From positions 1 to 64,000 of the forward strand of contig JANNWY010000002.1 in NCBI GenBank assembly GCA_031409335.1: DNA of 64,000 bases. Direction: 5' to 3'. The number at the start of each line of letters is the position of its first letter. Positions within the stretch are counted from its first letter, which is position 1. The notes under the pieces were generated by a model that was not told the DNA's origin, made no database searches, and saw nothing but the letters and a program-made list of their open reading frames with translations. Positions 10,057-19,469 of the stretch are shown here, piece after piece. This stretch comes from Chthoniobacteraceae bacterium (GTDB taxonomy: Bacteria; Verrucomicrobiota; Verrucomicrobiia; Chthoniobacterales; Chthoniobacteraceae). The position numbers and the translations under genes are program-made.

Positions 10057-10071
10057 GGCCGCGAATCCAGT

Positions 10072-10170
10072 AGGCCGCCGGCTCTTGGACTGCGGTGATT
10101 CCTTCACCGCTCTTGGCTGCCGCCCCGTAAATAGCTGCGGAGGAACCGCAGCGGTCCAAAGCCTGCGGCG
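10072..10170. repeat. Palindromic REP-like element, family A copy 1
   Basis: GGACTGCGGTGATTCCTTCACCGCT...AGCTGCGGAGGAACCGCAGCGGTCC; same core at 44495 and 59442. Confidence 0.85.
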
Positions 10171-10254
10171 ACTCCGGGCACGGTTCACAAAAGTCCGTCC
10201 CTTGGCTTTTGCCGCATCGCGGATTAACAGCGTGACACCCAGCCTGCCCATTTC

Positions 10255-13200
10255 ATGAAGCTCCACCGCTCCCTCATCATCGCAGCCGCCATCGCCTCGC
10301 TCCCGCTGTTTGCCGAAGCCAATGCGCTCAATGCCGCGATGGAAAAAGCGCCCGCGCCCGAAACGCTGCCAGCCAGCGCGCAAGTCGCCGCGCTCGACGT
10401 GCAGCCGCAGAAAGTCGTGCTCAACGGGAAGTACGAAGCCGCCCAACTCGTGGTCACCGCAAAGCTCGCATCCGGCGAATCCGCGGATGTGACGCGACTC
10501 GCGAAAATCACCGCCACCGGGGAAGTTGCCGCGGTTTCGCCGACCGGCCAGGTAAAGCCGCTAAAGAACGGCGCGGGTGCTTTGCAAATCGAGATCGGCG
10601 GGAAGACGGCTGCGTTACCTGTCGAGGTCGCCGCGATCGCCGCCGTGCAGGCGGTGGATTTCATCCGCGATGTGAACCCGGTGATGACGAAGCTGGGCTG
10701 CAATGCGGGGACGTGTCATGGGGCGAAGGATGGGAAGTTTGGCTTCAAGCTCTCGCTGCGCGGATACGATCCGATCTTCGACGTGCGCGCGCTGAAGGAC
10801 GATCTGGCGGGGCGTCGTCTGAACGCGGCGTCGCCGGATGATTCGCTGATGCTGCTGAAGGCGACCGCGGGCGTGCCGCATGAGGGCGGGCAGCGGACGA
10901 AGATCGGCGACAAGTATTACGAGATGCTGCGCGCGTGGATCGCGGATGGCGCGACACTCGATCTGAAAGCGCCGCGCGTGACGAAGATCGAAGTCTTCCC
11001 GCGCGATCCGGTGGTGCAGCAGATCGGGGCGCGCCAGCAGGTGCGCATCGTGGCGACTTTCACGGATGGAAAAACGCGGGATGTGACGGCGGAGGCATTT
11101 GTGGAAAGCGGGAACACGGATGTGGCGAAGACGGACGGCGGTGGGCTCGTGGAAACATTGCGCCGGGGCGAAGCGCCGCTGCTCGCGCGCTACGAGGGGA
11201 ATTACGCGGCGACGACGCTGACGGTGATGGGCGATCGGACGGGCTTTACCTGGCAGCCGCCGGAGACGTGGAGCCGCATCGACGAGCTGGTCGCGGCGAA
11301 GTGGCAGCGGATGAAGATTCAGCCATCGGAACTTTGCAGCGACGCGGATTATCTGCGCCGCGTTTACCTCGATCTCACCGGCAAACCACCGACCTCGGAT
11401 GAAGTGCGCGCATTTCTCGCGGACACGAAACCGGCGCGAGAGAAGCGGCCCGGCGTGGTGGAGAAGCTGATCGGGTCGCAGGAGTTCGTGGATCATTGGA
11501 CGAACAAGTGGGCGGACCTTTTGCAGCTCAACTCGAAGTTCATCGGCGGCCAGGGCGTGCAGCTTTTCCGCGAGTGGATTCGCAAGGAGGTCGAGGCGAA
11601 CACGCCTTACGATCAGTTTGCGCGGAAAATCCTGACGGCCTCCGGTTCGAACAAGGAGAATCCCGCGGCGAGCTACTGGAAGATTTTGCGCGAACCCGCC
11701 GAGGCGATGGAGAACACGACGCATCTTTTTCTCGCGACGCGTTTCAACTGCAACAAGTGCCACGATCATCCGTTCGAGCGGTGGACGCAGGATCAGTACT
11801 ACCATCTCGGCGCATACTTTTCGCAGGTGGCGCTGGATGCCGATCCATCCATCGGCGGCGCGAAACTGGAAGGCACCGCAGTCGAGAAGGCGCGCCCGCT
11901 TTTCGAGATCGTGAAGGATGCGACCGCCGGGGAAATGACGCATCTGCGCACGAACAAAGTCGCGGAGCCGTCGTTTCCATTTGAAGCGAAATCCGAACAG
12001 AAAGGCTCGCGCCGCGAACAACTCGCCGCGTGGATGACGAGCACCGACAACCGCTATTTCGCATCGAGCTACGTGAACCGGCTCTGGGGCTATCTGCTCG
12101 GCGCGGGAATCTTCGAGCCGCTCGACGACATCCGCGCCGGGAATCCGCCGTCGAATCCCGAGCTGCTCGCTTTTTTGACGAAGGAATTCATCGACCACAG
12201 CTTCGACGTGCGGCATGTGCTGCGGCTGATCTGCAACTCGCGCACGTATCAACTCTCGATCGCGGCGAACCAGTGGAACGAGGACGATAAAACGAACTAC
12301 TCGCACGCCCTCGCGCGACGGCTGCCCGCGGAAGTGCTCTACGATTCCGTGCTGAAAGTCACCGGCTCCGCGCCGCGTCTGCCCGGCGGTTTGCAGGCCG
12401 GGCAGTTGCCCGATTCCGCGACGGATTTGCCGAGTGGATTCCTCGCAAACCTCGGGCGCCCCGCGCGCGAAAGCTCGTGCGAATGCGAGCGCAGCAACGA
12501 TCTGCGGCTCGGCAGCGTGATGGCTCTCCTCAGCGGACCCGCCGTCGCGGATGCGATCGGCGATGCGACAAATGCGCTCGTGAAACTCGTCGCTGAACCG
12601 GATGAACGGAAACTGATCGACGAGCTTTTCCTCCGCGTCCTGAATCGCCCCGCGGCGGACACCGAGATCGCGAAGGTGCAGGAAGCGTGGGGTTTCATCG
12701 ACCGCGATCACGCTGCCGTCATGGCCACATTGGACGCGAAGGAAAAGGAGCAGATGCCGATCATTGCGAAAGCGGAAGGAGACCGCCTTGCGGGAATCGA
12801 AGCCGCCAAGAATGAACTCGCGCGCTACGAGGCCGAGATCGCGCCGAAGGTCGCGGAAACCGAAAAGAAGCGCGTGACCGATCAAGCCACCGCCGATGCC
12901 GCAGTGAAAGAATACGAGGAGAAAAACGCCGCCGCCGCGCAGGCTGCATTCGAGGCGACCGTGCCTGCGGCGCGGACTTACACCGGCTGGATGCCGCTGG
13001 ATGCGGTGGAATCCCGCGCGACAAACGGCGTGGAGCTGACGAAGCAGCCCGACGGCTCCATCCGGGCAAGTGGCGCGCGACCGAAGAACACCGACTACGT
13101 CATCAAGGCCGACACAAAGGTTGCGGGCATCACCGGCATTCTTCTCGAAGTGCTGCCCGTCCCGGATGAAGCCAACTTCGGCCCCGGACGTTTCAGCGAT

Positions 13201-13890
13201 GGCAATTTCGTCCTCGGCGAATTCGACGTGAAATCCGGCGACTTCGGCGCGGCGACTGGAACGAATCCCGTGAAACTCAACGGAGCCATCGCGGACTTCA
13301 GCCAAGTGAATTTTGAAATCGCCAAAGCCATCGACGGCAAGAAAGGCGACGGCAACAACGGCTGGGCCGTGAGCAATCAATTCGGCGTCCCGCACTACGC
13401 CGCTTTCCAACTCGAGAAGCCGCTCGGCGATGCCGAGAAAGGCGTCCGCCTGCGCATCGAAATGAATCAGCCGCGTGACGGCGCATTCGAAATCGCGCGC
13501 TTTCGCCTCTGGATCACCACGAGCAACACCCCGCTCAACATCGGCCTTCCCTCACCCGTCGCCGAGGCTCTCAAAAAACCCGCCTCCGCGCGCGGCCCCG
13601 ACGAACAAAAAGCCATCGCCGCCTACTGGAACGAGAACGACCCCGAACTCCGCAAACGCCGACTCGTCGCCGGAAAAGCCGCGCTCCCACTCCCGACCGA
13701 TCCCGCCATCCTCGAACGCCGCACCGCCATCACCAAAGCCGAAGAGCCCATCCGCCTCGACTCACGTCTCGTCCAGCTTCGGCAGGACATCGAACAATCC
13801 AAAGCGCAGGTCGCCAACAAACGGCTCACCGGAATTCAAGATCTCGCCTGGGCGCTGATCAATACGCCCGCGTTTCTTTTCAATCACTGA
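10255..13890 (+). CDS. DUF1549/DUF1553 (PSCyt2/PSD1) domain protein with Ig-like domains
   Basis: Signal peptide, CNAGTCHG, FKLSLRGYD, RRVYLDLTG, CNKCHDHPFERW, CECER, C-terminal WALINTPAFLFNH. Confidence 0.9.
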   Translation: MKLHRSLIIAAAIASLPLFAEANALNAAMEKAPAPETLPASAQVAALDVQPQKVVLNGKYEAAQLVVTAKLASGESADVTRLAKITATGEVAAVSPTGQVKPLKNGAGALQIEIGGKTAALPVEVAAIAAVQAVDFIRDVNPVMTKLGCNAGTCHGAKDGKFGFKLSLRGYDPIFDVRALKDDLAGRRLNAASPDDSLMLLKATAGVPHEGGQRTKIGDKYYEMLRAWIADGATLDLKAPRVTKIEVFPRDPVVQQIGARQQVRIVATFTDGKTRDVTAEAFVESGNTDVAKTDGGGLVETLRRGEAPLLARYEGNYAATTLTVMGDRTGFTWQPPETWSRIDELVAAKWQRMKIQPSELCSDADYLRRVYLDLTGKPPTSDEVRAFLADTKPAREKRPGVVEKLIGSQEFVDHWTNKWADLLQLNSKFIGGQGVQLFREWIRKEVEANTPYDQFARKILTASGSNKENPAASYWKILREPAEAMENTTHLFLATRFNCNKCHDHPFERWTQDQYYHLGAYFSQVALDADPSIGGAKLEGTAVEKARPLFEIVKDATAGEMTHLRTNKVAEPSFPFEAKSEQKGSRREQLAAWMTSTDNRYFASSYVNRLWGYLLGAGIFEPLDDIRAGNPPSNPELLAFLTKEFIDHSFDVRHVLRLICNSRTYQLSIAANQWNEDDKTNYSHALARRLPAEVLYDSVLKVTGSAPRLPGGLQAGQLPDSATDLPSGFLANLGRPARESSCECERSNDLRLGSVMALLSGPAVADAIGDATNALVKLVAEPDERKLIDELFLRVLNRPAADTEIAKVQEAWGFIDRDHAAVMATLDAKEKEQMPIIAKAEGDRLAGIEAAKNELARYEAEIAPKVAETEKKRVTDQATADAAVKEYEEKNAAAAQAAFEATVPAARTYTGWMPLDAVESRATNGVELTKQPDGSIRASGARPKNTDYVIKADTKVAGITGILLEVLPVPDEANFGPGRFSDGNFVLGEFDVKSGDFGAATGTNPVKLNGAIADFSQVNFEIAKAIDGKKGDGNNGWAVSNQFGVPHYAAFQLEKPLGDAEKGVRLRIEMNQPRDGAFEIARFRLWITTSNTPLNIGLPSPVAEALKKPASARGPDEQKAIAAYWNENDPELRKRRLVAGKAALPLPTDPAILERRTAITKAEEPIRLDSRLVQLRQDIEQSKAQVANKRLTGIQDLAWALINTPAFLFNH

Positions 13891-13904
13891 CCGCCACCAC
13901 CGCG

Positions 13905-14315
13905 CTACGCCGCCTTGCCCTGCTCCTCGTCCATCACGTGCGATGCCTCCATCAGCGCGATCTGCCAATCCATCCCGATCGTCGGCTCCACAAACGCGAG
14001 CCATTCAGGAAACTCCTGAATCTCCCCTTTCCGCCACGACAGGATCATCGCCAGCGCAGGCATGCCCAATCGCGTTCCGCATTCGGCATGAACGATTCTG
14101 CCGCCGTCGATGAAGATCGTGCCCGACTCGGATTCCGGCGTCACAAAAAACAACGACGCCTTCGCATTGCGGAGACACGCGAGTTGGATGATGTCGAGCG
14201 GCGCGACTTCCCACAGGACTGCCTTGAAACGCGGGGCAATATCCTGAACGGCGGGAGCGGATTCCGCCGGGTCAGCGGTGGAAGGATCGCGGAGGTCAAA
14301 GGATGGAACGCTCAT
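13905..14315 (-). CDS. DUF4388 (PatA_N-like) domain protein
   Basis: L-x-DIIQL...GTIFIDGGRIVHAE...G-x-x-AL-x-x-ILSW-x-x-G...TI-x-x-x-WQ-x-ALMEA-x-x-x-x-DE pattern. Confidence 0.75.
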   Translation of the reverse strand: MSVPSFDLRDPSTADPAESAPAVQDIAPRFKAVLWEVAPLDIIQLACLRNAKASLFFVTPESESGTIFIDGGRIVHAECGTRLGMPALAMILSWRKGEIQEFPEWLAFVEPTIGMDWQIALMEASHVMDEEQGKAA

Positions 14316-14401
14316 TGAAATACTGTAATTACCAACCTCCCCAAGCAATTCAGAGGCCAGCACGTCCCCAAAAATGCGCCTGCGAAAACCGGTTGGTCAG
14401 T

Positions 14402-17400
14402 TCACGCCCGCAGCTTCACCAGCAGATCGCCCGTTTCCACCGAATCTCCCGCGGTCGCGAGCACTTCGGCGATCACACCATCCGCTGGCGCGTAGATCGT
14501 CGTCTGCATTTTCATCGCTTCGAGCACCGCGAGTTTGTCGCCTTTCGCCACCTTCCCGCCCACGGTCGCGCTGAGTGATGTGATCATCCCAGGGATCGGC
14601 GCGCCGACTTGCAGCGGATCGTTCGCCGCCGCTTTCGCGCGAACCTTCGCGGTCTTCGCCGAGCTTTTGTCCACCACCACCGCCTCGCGCGGGTAGCCGT
14701 TGAGTTCGTAGGTGATGACGCGCCGCCCGTCCTTATCCGGCGTGCCGACGTTGATGAGTTTGATGAAGAGCACCTTGCCGTCTTCGATCGCCACACTCAC
14801 CTCTTCGCCGGGCCGCAGGCCGTAGAAAAACGCGGGCGTCGGGAGCGAACTCACGTCGCCGAAATCGCGTCCGAATTTCGCGAAATCCGCGTGAACCGCC
14901 GGATACATCAAGTGCGAATACAGATCATCGTCCGTCGCTTCATGCTTCAATTTCGCCGTGAGTTCCGCCTTCACTTCGGCGAGCTTCACCGGCGCGATTT
15001 TTGCGCGCTTCGGCTGTTTGGAGCTGCCAAGCACGGCCTTCAAGAGCGCCTGTGGCCAGCCGCCCATCGGCTCGCCAAGCCCTCCGCCGAGCATGTCGAT
15101 GACGCTCTCCGGATAGCCAGTCGAGCCGGGTTCGAGATTCACCACGTCGGCCGGTTTGATGCCGCGGGTGAAAAGAAACAGCGCCATGTCGCCGACGACT
15201 TTGCTCGATGGCGTGACCTTCACGATGTCGCCGAAAAGCTGATTCACCTCCGCATAAGTCCGCGCGATCTCCGGCCAGCGATTGCCGAGTCCCATCGACG
15301 CCGCCTGCTCCTTGAGATTCGTGTATTGCCCGCCGGGCATCTCGTGCAGATAGACCTCGGCGCTGCCCGATTTCGGAGCGGTGTCGAACGGCGCGTAAAA
15401 CGTGCGCACTTGTTCCCAGTAGTCGCTGAATTCATTCAGCGTCTCGAGATCGAGCCCCGTCTCGCGCGGCGTGCGCTCCAGCGCGGCGACGATCGAGTTC
15501 ATGTTCGGCTGCGACGTCGAGCCGCTCATCGAAGCAATCGCCAGATCGACCACATCGACGCCCGCATCGCTCGCCCGCAGCACCGACGCCGCATTGATCC
15601 CGCTCGTGTCGTGCGTGTGAAAATGCACGGGGATTCCGATCGCATCTTTCAGCGCCTTCACCAGCGCGCTCGCCGCATACGGGCGGCACAACCCCGCCAT
15701 GTCCTTGATCGCCAAAAAGTGCGCGCCCATTTTTTCCAGCTCCTTCGCCAGCGCCACATAGTATTTCAGCGAATACTTCGCGCGCGCCGGATCGAGAATG
15801 TCGCCCGTGTAGCACAGCGTCCCTTCGCAAATGCCGTGCGTCGAATGCACCGCCTCCATCGCGGCCTTCATGTTCTTCAAGTCATTCAGCGAATCGAACA
15901 CGCGGAAAATATCCATCCCCGCCTCCGCTGCGTGCTTCACAAAACCCGCGACCACATTCGCCGGATAACTCGTGTAACCGACCGCGTTCGCACCGCGCAG
16001 GAGCATCTGGAAACAAATGTTCGGCACCTTCTCGCGCAGGCTGCGCAGGCGGTTCCACGGGTCTTCATTCAGAAAACGCATCGCTGTGTCGAACGTCGCG
16101 CCGCCCCACATTTCGAGCGAGAAAAGCTCCGCCGTCCGATGCGCGACCGCGGGCGCGATAGCCGCCATGTCGAACGTCCGCACCCGCGTCGCCATCAGCG
16201 ATTGATGCGCATCGCGGAAGGTCGTGTCCGTGATCAGCAGCCGCTTCTGCTTCAGCGTCCATTCGGCGAATTTCTTCGGGCCGAGTTCGAGCAGCCGTTG
16301 CCGCGTCCCCTTGGCGGGCACTTGTTTCCCTTCCCATCGGGGGATGCGCGCCGTTTCCACTTTTTGCGCCGGCTTGTATCCCTTCGCGTGCGGATTTCCA
16401 TTCACGATCACATTGCCGAGGAAGTTCAGCAGCTTCGTCGCGCGATCCTTTTTCGCCCGGAAATGGAACAGCTCCGGCGACGTGTCGATCATCGTCGTGG
16501 TCGCCTCGCCGCCGCGGAATTTCGGGTGATGCAGCACGTTTTCCAAAAACGGGATGTTCGTCTTCACCCCGCGAATCCGCATCTCGCGCAGCGCGCGATC
16601 CATGCGGTCGATCGCGGTGGCAAAAGTTGGCGCGCTCGCGGTCAGCTTCACCAGCAGTGAATCGTAAAATGGCGTCACCACCGCGCCCGCGTCGCCCATG
16701 CCCGCATCAAGTCGGATGCCAAACCCGCCCGCGCTCCGATACGTGATGATCTTGCCGTAGTTCGGCGTGAATTTGTTCTCCGGATCCTCCGTCGTCACGC
16801 GGCATTGAATCGCGTACCCATTCCGCGGAATCTCCCGCGGCAGCGCCACCTTCGGCCCATAAAGTTCCTCACCCTGCGCGATCAAAATCTGCGCCCGCAC
16901 CAAATCCACCCCGGTGATCTGCTCCGTCACCGTGTGCTCCACCTGAATGCGCGGATTCATCTCGATGAAGAACCATTCGTGCCGGTCGAGATCGTAGAGA
17001 AACTCGACCGTCCCCGCGTTGTCATAACCGATCTCCTTCGCGATCCGCGCCGAAGCCTCGCACAGCTCCAGCCGCACCTTTTCCTTCAGCCCCACCGACG
17101 GCGCGATCTCGACAACTTTCTGATGCCGCCGCTGCACCGAGCAATCGCGCTCGTGCAAATGCGCCGCGTTCCCGTGCCGGTCCCCGAGCACCTGCACCTC
17201 GATGTGCTTTGCGCGTGGGATGTACTTTTCCAAAAACACCGCCGAATTCCCAAACGCACGCCCCGCCTCGCCCTGCGCCTCATCCAGCAGCGAATCCAAA
17301 TCGCCCGCCTTATGCACCACCCGCATCCCGCGCCCACCGCCGCCAAACGCCGCCTTGATAATCAGCGGAAAGCCAATCGTCGCCGCCACCTTCAGCGCCT

Positions 17401-17848
17401 CCTTCCGATCGCTCACCGGCTCCTCCGTCCCCGGCAAAGTCGGAATCTTCAACTTCTGCGTCAGCGCGCGCGCCGCCACCTTGTCGCCCATCAATTCCAG
17501 CAACTCCGGCCGCGGCCCCACGAACGTAATCCCCGCCTGCGCGCAAGCCTTCGCGAACTGCGCATTCTCCGACAAAAATCCATAGCCCGGATGAATCAAA
17601 TCCACGCTCTTTTCCTTCGCCAAAGCCACAATCCCCTCGATGTCCAGATAAGCGCCAACCGGTCCTTTCCCCTCGCCCACCACATAGGCCTCATCGGCCT
17701 TAAACCGATGCATCGAAAAGCGATCCTCCTGCGCGTAAATCGCGACCGTTTTCAACCCCAGCTCCGTCGCCGCCCGCATGATGCGGATGGCAATTTCGGA
17801 GCGGTTGGCGATGAGAAGTTTTTTCGGAGCAGCAGCGCGGGAAGGCAT
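14402..17848 (-). CDS. pyc: Pyruvate carboxylase
   Basis: ANRSEIAIR, HPGYGFLSEN, RDAHQSL, WGGATFD, IKDMAG, HTHDTSG and biotinyl EAMKMQ. Confidence 0.97.
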   Translation of the reverse strand: MPSRAAAPKKLLIANRSEIAIRIMRAATELGLKTVAIYAQEDRFSMHRFKADEAYVVGEGKGPVGAYLDIEGIVALAKEKSVDLIHPGYGFLSENAQFAKACAQAGITFVGPRPELLELMGDKVAARALTQKLKIPTLPGTEEPVSDRKEALKVAATIGFPLIIKAAFGGGGRGMRVVHKAGDLDSLLDEAQGEAGRAFGNSAVFLEKYIPRAKHIEVQVLGDRHGNAAHLHERDCSVQRRHQKVVEIAPSVGLKEKVRLELCEASARIAKEIGYDNAGTVEFLYDLDRHEWFFIEMNPRIQVEHTVTEQITGVDLVRAQILIAQGEELYGPKVALPREIPRNGYAIQCRVTTEDPENKFTPNYGKIITYRSAGGFGIRLDAGMGDAGAVVTPFYDSLLVKLTASAPTFATAIDRMDRALREMRIRGVKTNIPFLENVLHHPKFRGGEATTTMIDTSPELFHFRAKKDRATKLLNFLGNVIVNGNPHAKGYKPAQKVETARIPRWEGKQVPAKGTRQRLLELGPKKFAEWTLKQKRLLITDTTFRDAHQSLMATRVRTFDMAAIAPAVAHRTAELFSLEMWGGATFDTAMRFLNEDPWNRLRSLREKVPNICFQMLLRGANAVGYTSYPANVVAGFVKHAAEAGMDIFRVFDSLNDLKNMKAAMEAVHSTHGICEGTLCYTGDILDPARAKYSLKYYVALAKELEKMGAHFLAIKDMAGLCRPYAASALVKALKDAIGIPVHFHTHDTSGINAASVLRASDAGVDVVDLAIASMSGSTSQPNMNSIVAALERTPRETGLDLETLNEFSDYWEQVRTFYAPFDTAPKSGSAEVYLHEMPGGQYTNLKEQAASMGLGNRWPEIARTYAEVNQLFGDIVKVTPSSKVVGDMALFLFTRGIKPADVVNLEPGSTGYPESVIDMLGGGLGEPMGGWPQALLKAVLGSSKQPKRAKIAPVKLAEVKAELTAKLKHEATDDDLYSHLMYPAVHADFAKFGRDFGDVSSLPTPAFFYGLRPGEEVSVAIEDGKVLFIKLINVGTPDKDGRRVITYELNGYPREAVVVDKSSAKTAKVRAKAAANDPLQVGAPIPGMITSLSATVGGKVAKGDKLAVLEAMKMQTTIYAPADGVIAEVLATAGDSVETGDLLVKLRA

Positions 17849-18080
17849 AAAATAAAAGGGCCGACTGTGTAAACGAGCCCCGCCATCAACGCCAGCGCGA
17901 ACGTCCCGCTATCGGATACTCACGCGAGTTGGCGTTGGCTCTTCATCCCGATCCGCAATCGCGAAGCTGCCACGGTCGGGAAATTGGCGAATCGGACAAA
18001 GGTTGTCGATCCATGCCCGGTGGTATGCGACTAAAAAGTGGCACCAAGAGACTCTGCTGGTTCCATTTTCAATCACACCT

Positions 18081-19469
18081 TCACGCGCCGACCAAATCGC
18101 GAATCGGCACGCCGCTGTCGGTGATGCTGCGCGGGCGGTCGAGCGGGTCGAGGAATTCGGCGTTGGGCGCGAGGCCGAGGAGGTGGAAAATCGTGGCTGC
18201 GAGGTCGGGCGGGCGCACCGGATGCGAATCGGGCACGCCGCCGATGCGGTCGCTCGCGCCGATGATCTGCCCGCCGCCGAGGCCTGCACCCGCGAGCGCG
18301 ATGGAAAAGCACGAGCCCCAGTGATCGCGCCCGCCTTCGCCGTTGATCTTCGGCGAGCGACCGAATTCGCCCATCACGACGACGAGCGTTTCGTCGAGCA
18401 ATCCGCGGGCGGCGAGGTCGGCGATGAGCGTGGCGAAGGTGCGGTCGAACTGCGGGCAGAGCACGTCGCGCACGCGGGCCGCATTGTTGCGATGCGTATC
18501 CCAGAGCGGGCTGCCGGAGACTTCCGCCGCGCCCTCGCGCGGCCAGTTCACCTGCACGAGTCGCGTGCCGGCTTCGATCAAGCGCCGCGCGAGCAGCACG
18601 CTTTGGCCAAACTTGTGCGCGCCATACGCTTCGCGCAGCGCGGGTGTTTCGCGCTCCAACTGGAACGCCGCGCGACTCGCATCCGAATGCAGCAGATCGA
18701 ACGCTTTCTGATGCATGTGGCTGAGTTCCGCGACCGCCCCGCTCTGCGCGCCTGCGCGAAAATGCGCGTCGAGTTGATTCACCAAATCGAACCGCTCCGC
18801 GAGCCGCAGCGTCGTCATATTCTCCGCGAGGCTCATGCCTTCGATGCGCATCGGCGTTTGCGTCGGGTCGCATTTCATCAACATCGGATGCCACGGCGCG
18901 CCCATGAAGCCGCCGTTCTGTCCCGGCCACACGATGTTGCCGTCATTCGCGAGGATTTCCGGCAGGACTACCGACGACAGCGGCGAGCGTTCGCTCGGTT
19001 TCATCGCGCCGACGACCGCCGCGATGCTCGGCCAATCCTGCGGCCCGGCGGGGACGTTCTCCGCTTTGCTCGGCGGCACGTAGCCGGTGAGCATGTACGC
19101 GCCGCTCGTCGAGTGCGAGTGGATGTCCGTCGTCATCGAGCGGATGATCGCGAGCCGGTGCGCGATGCGCGCGGAGTGCGGCAGCGTTTCGGAAAAATGC
19201 ACGCCCGGCACGCTGGTCGGGATCGAGCGAATATCGCCGCGCACCTCGCGTGGCGCCTCGGGCTTCGGGTCCCACGTCTCGTGCTGCGGCGGACCGCCCG
19301 CGAGGAAAATCAGGATGCACGACTTCGCGCGCCCAAAGCTCGCCGCCGGTGCCGCAATCGCGTTTCGCCGCAAAAGGCCGGGCAGCGAAAGCCCGAGGCA
19401 GCCGAGTCCGCCGACGCGCAGCCATTCGCGGCGCGAGAGCACGGGACCGGGGCAACGTGGCGCGCTCAT
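18081..19469 (-). CDS. DUF1501 domain protein (Tat-type signal)
   Basis: SRREWL twin-arginine, GGPPQHETWDPKP, ARRLIEAG, WDTH, GEFGRSPKIN...GRDHW. Confidence 0.9.
   Translation of the reverse strand: MSAPRCPGPVLSRREWLRVGGLGCLGLSLPGLLRRNAIAAPAASFGRAKSCILIFLAGGPPQHETWDPKPEAPREVRGDIRSIPTSVPGVHFSETLPHSARIAHRLAIIRSMTTDIHSHSTSGAYMLTGYVPPSKAENVPAGPQDWPSIAAVVGAMKPSERSPLSSVVLPEILANDGNIVWPGQNGGFMGAPWHPMLMKCDPTQTPMRIEGMSLAENMTTLRLAERFDLVNQLDAHFRAGAQSGAVAELSHMHQKAFDLLHSDASRAAFQLERETPALREAYGAHKFGQSVLLARRLIEAGTRLVQVNWPREGAAEVSGSPLWDTHRNNAARVRDVLCPQFDRTFATLIADLAARGLLDETLVVVMGEFGRSPKINGEGGRDHWGSCFSIALAGAGLGGGQIIGASDRIGGVPDSHPVRPPDLAATIFHLLGLAPNAEFLDPLDRPRSITDSGVPIRDLVGA

Noticed and set aside
17849..18080. 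Possible riboswitch or ncRNA upstream of pyc; imperfect dyad TGCGACTAAAAAGTGGCA
   Set aside because: Only weak hairpins, no recognisable family, single imperfect dyad.
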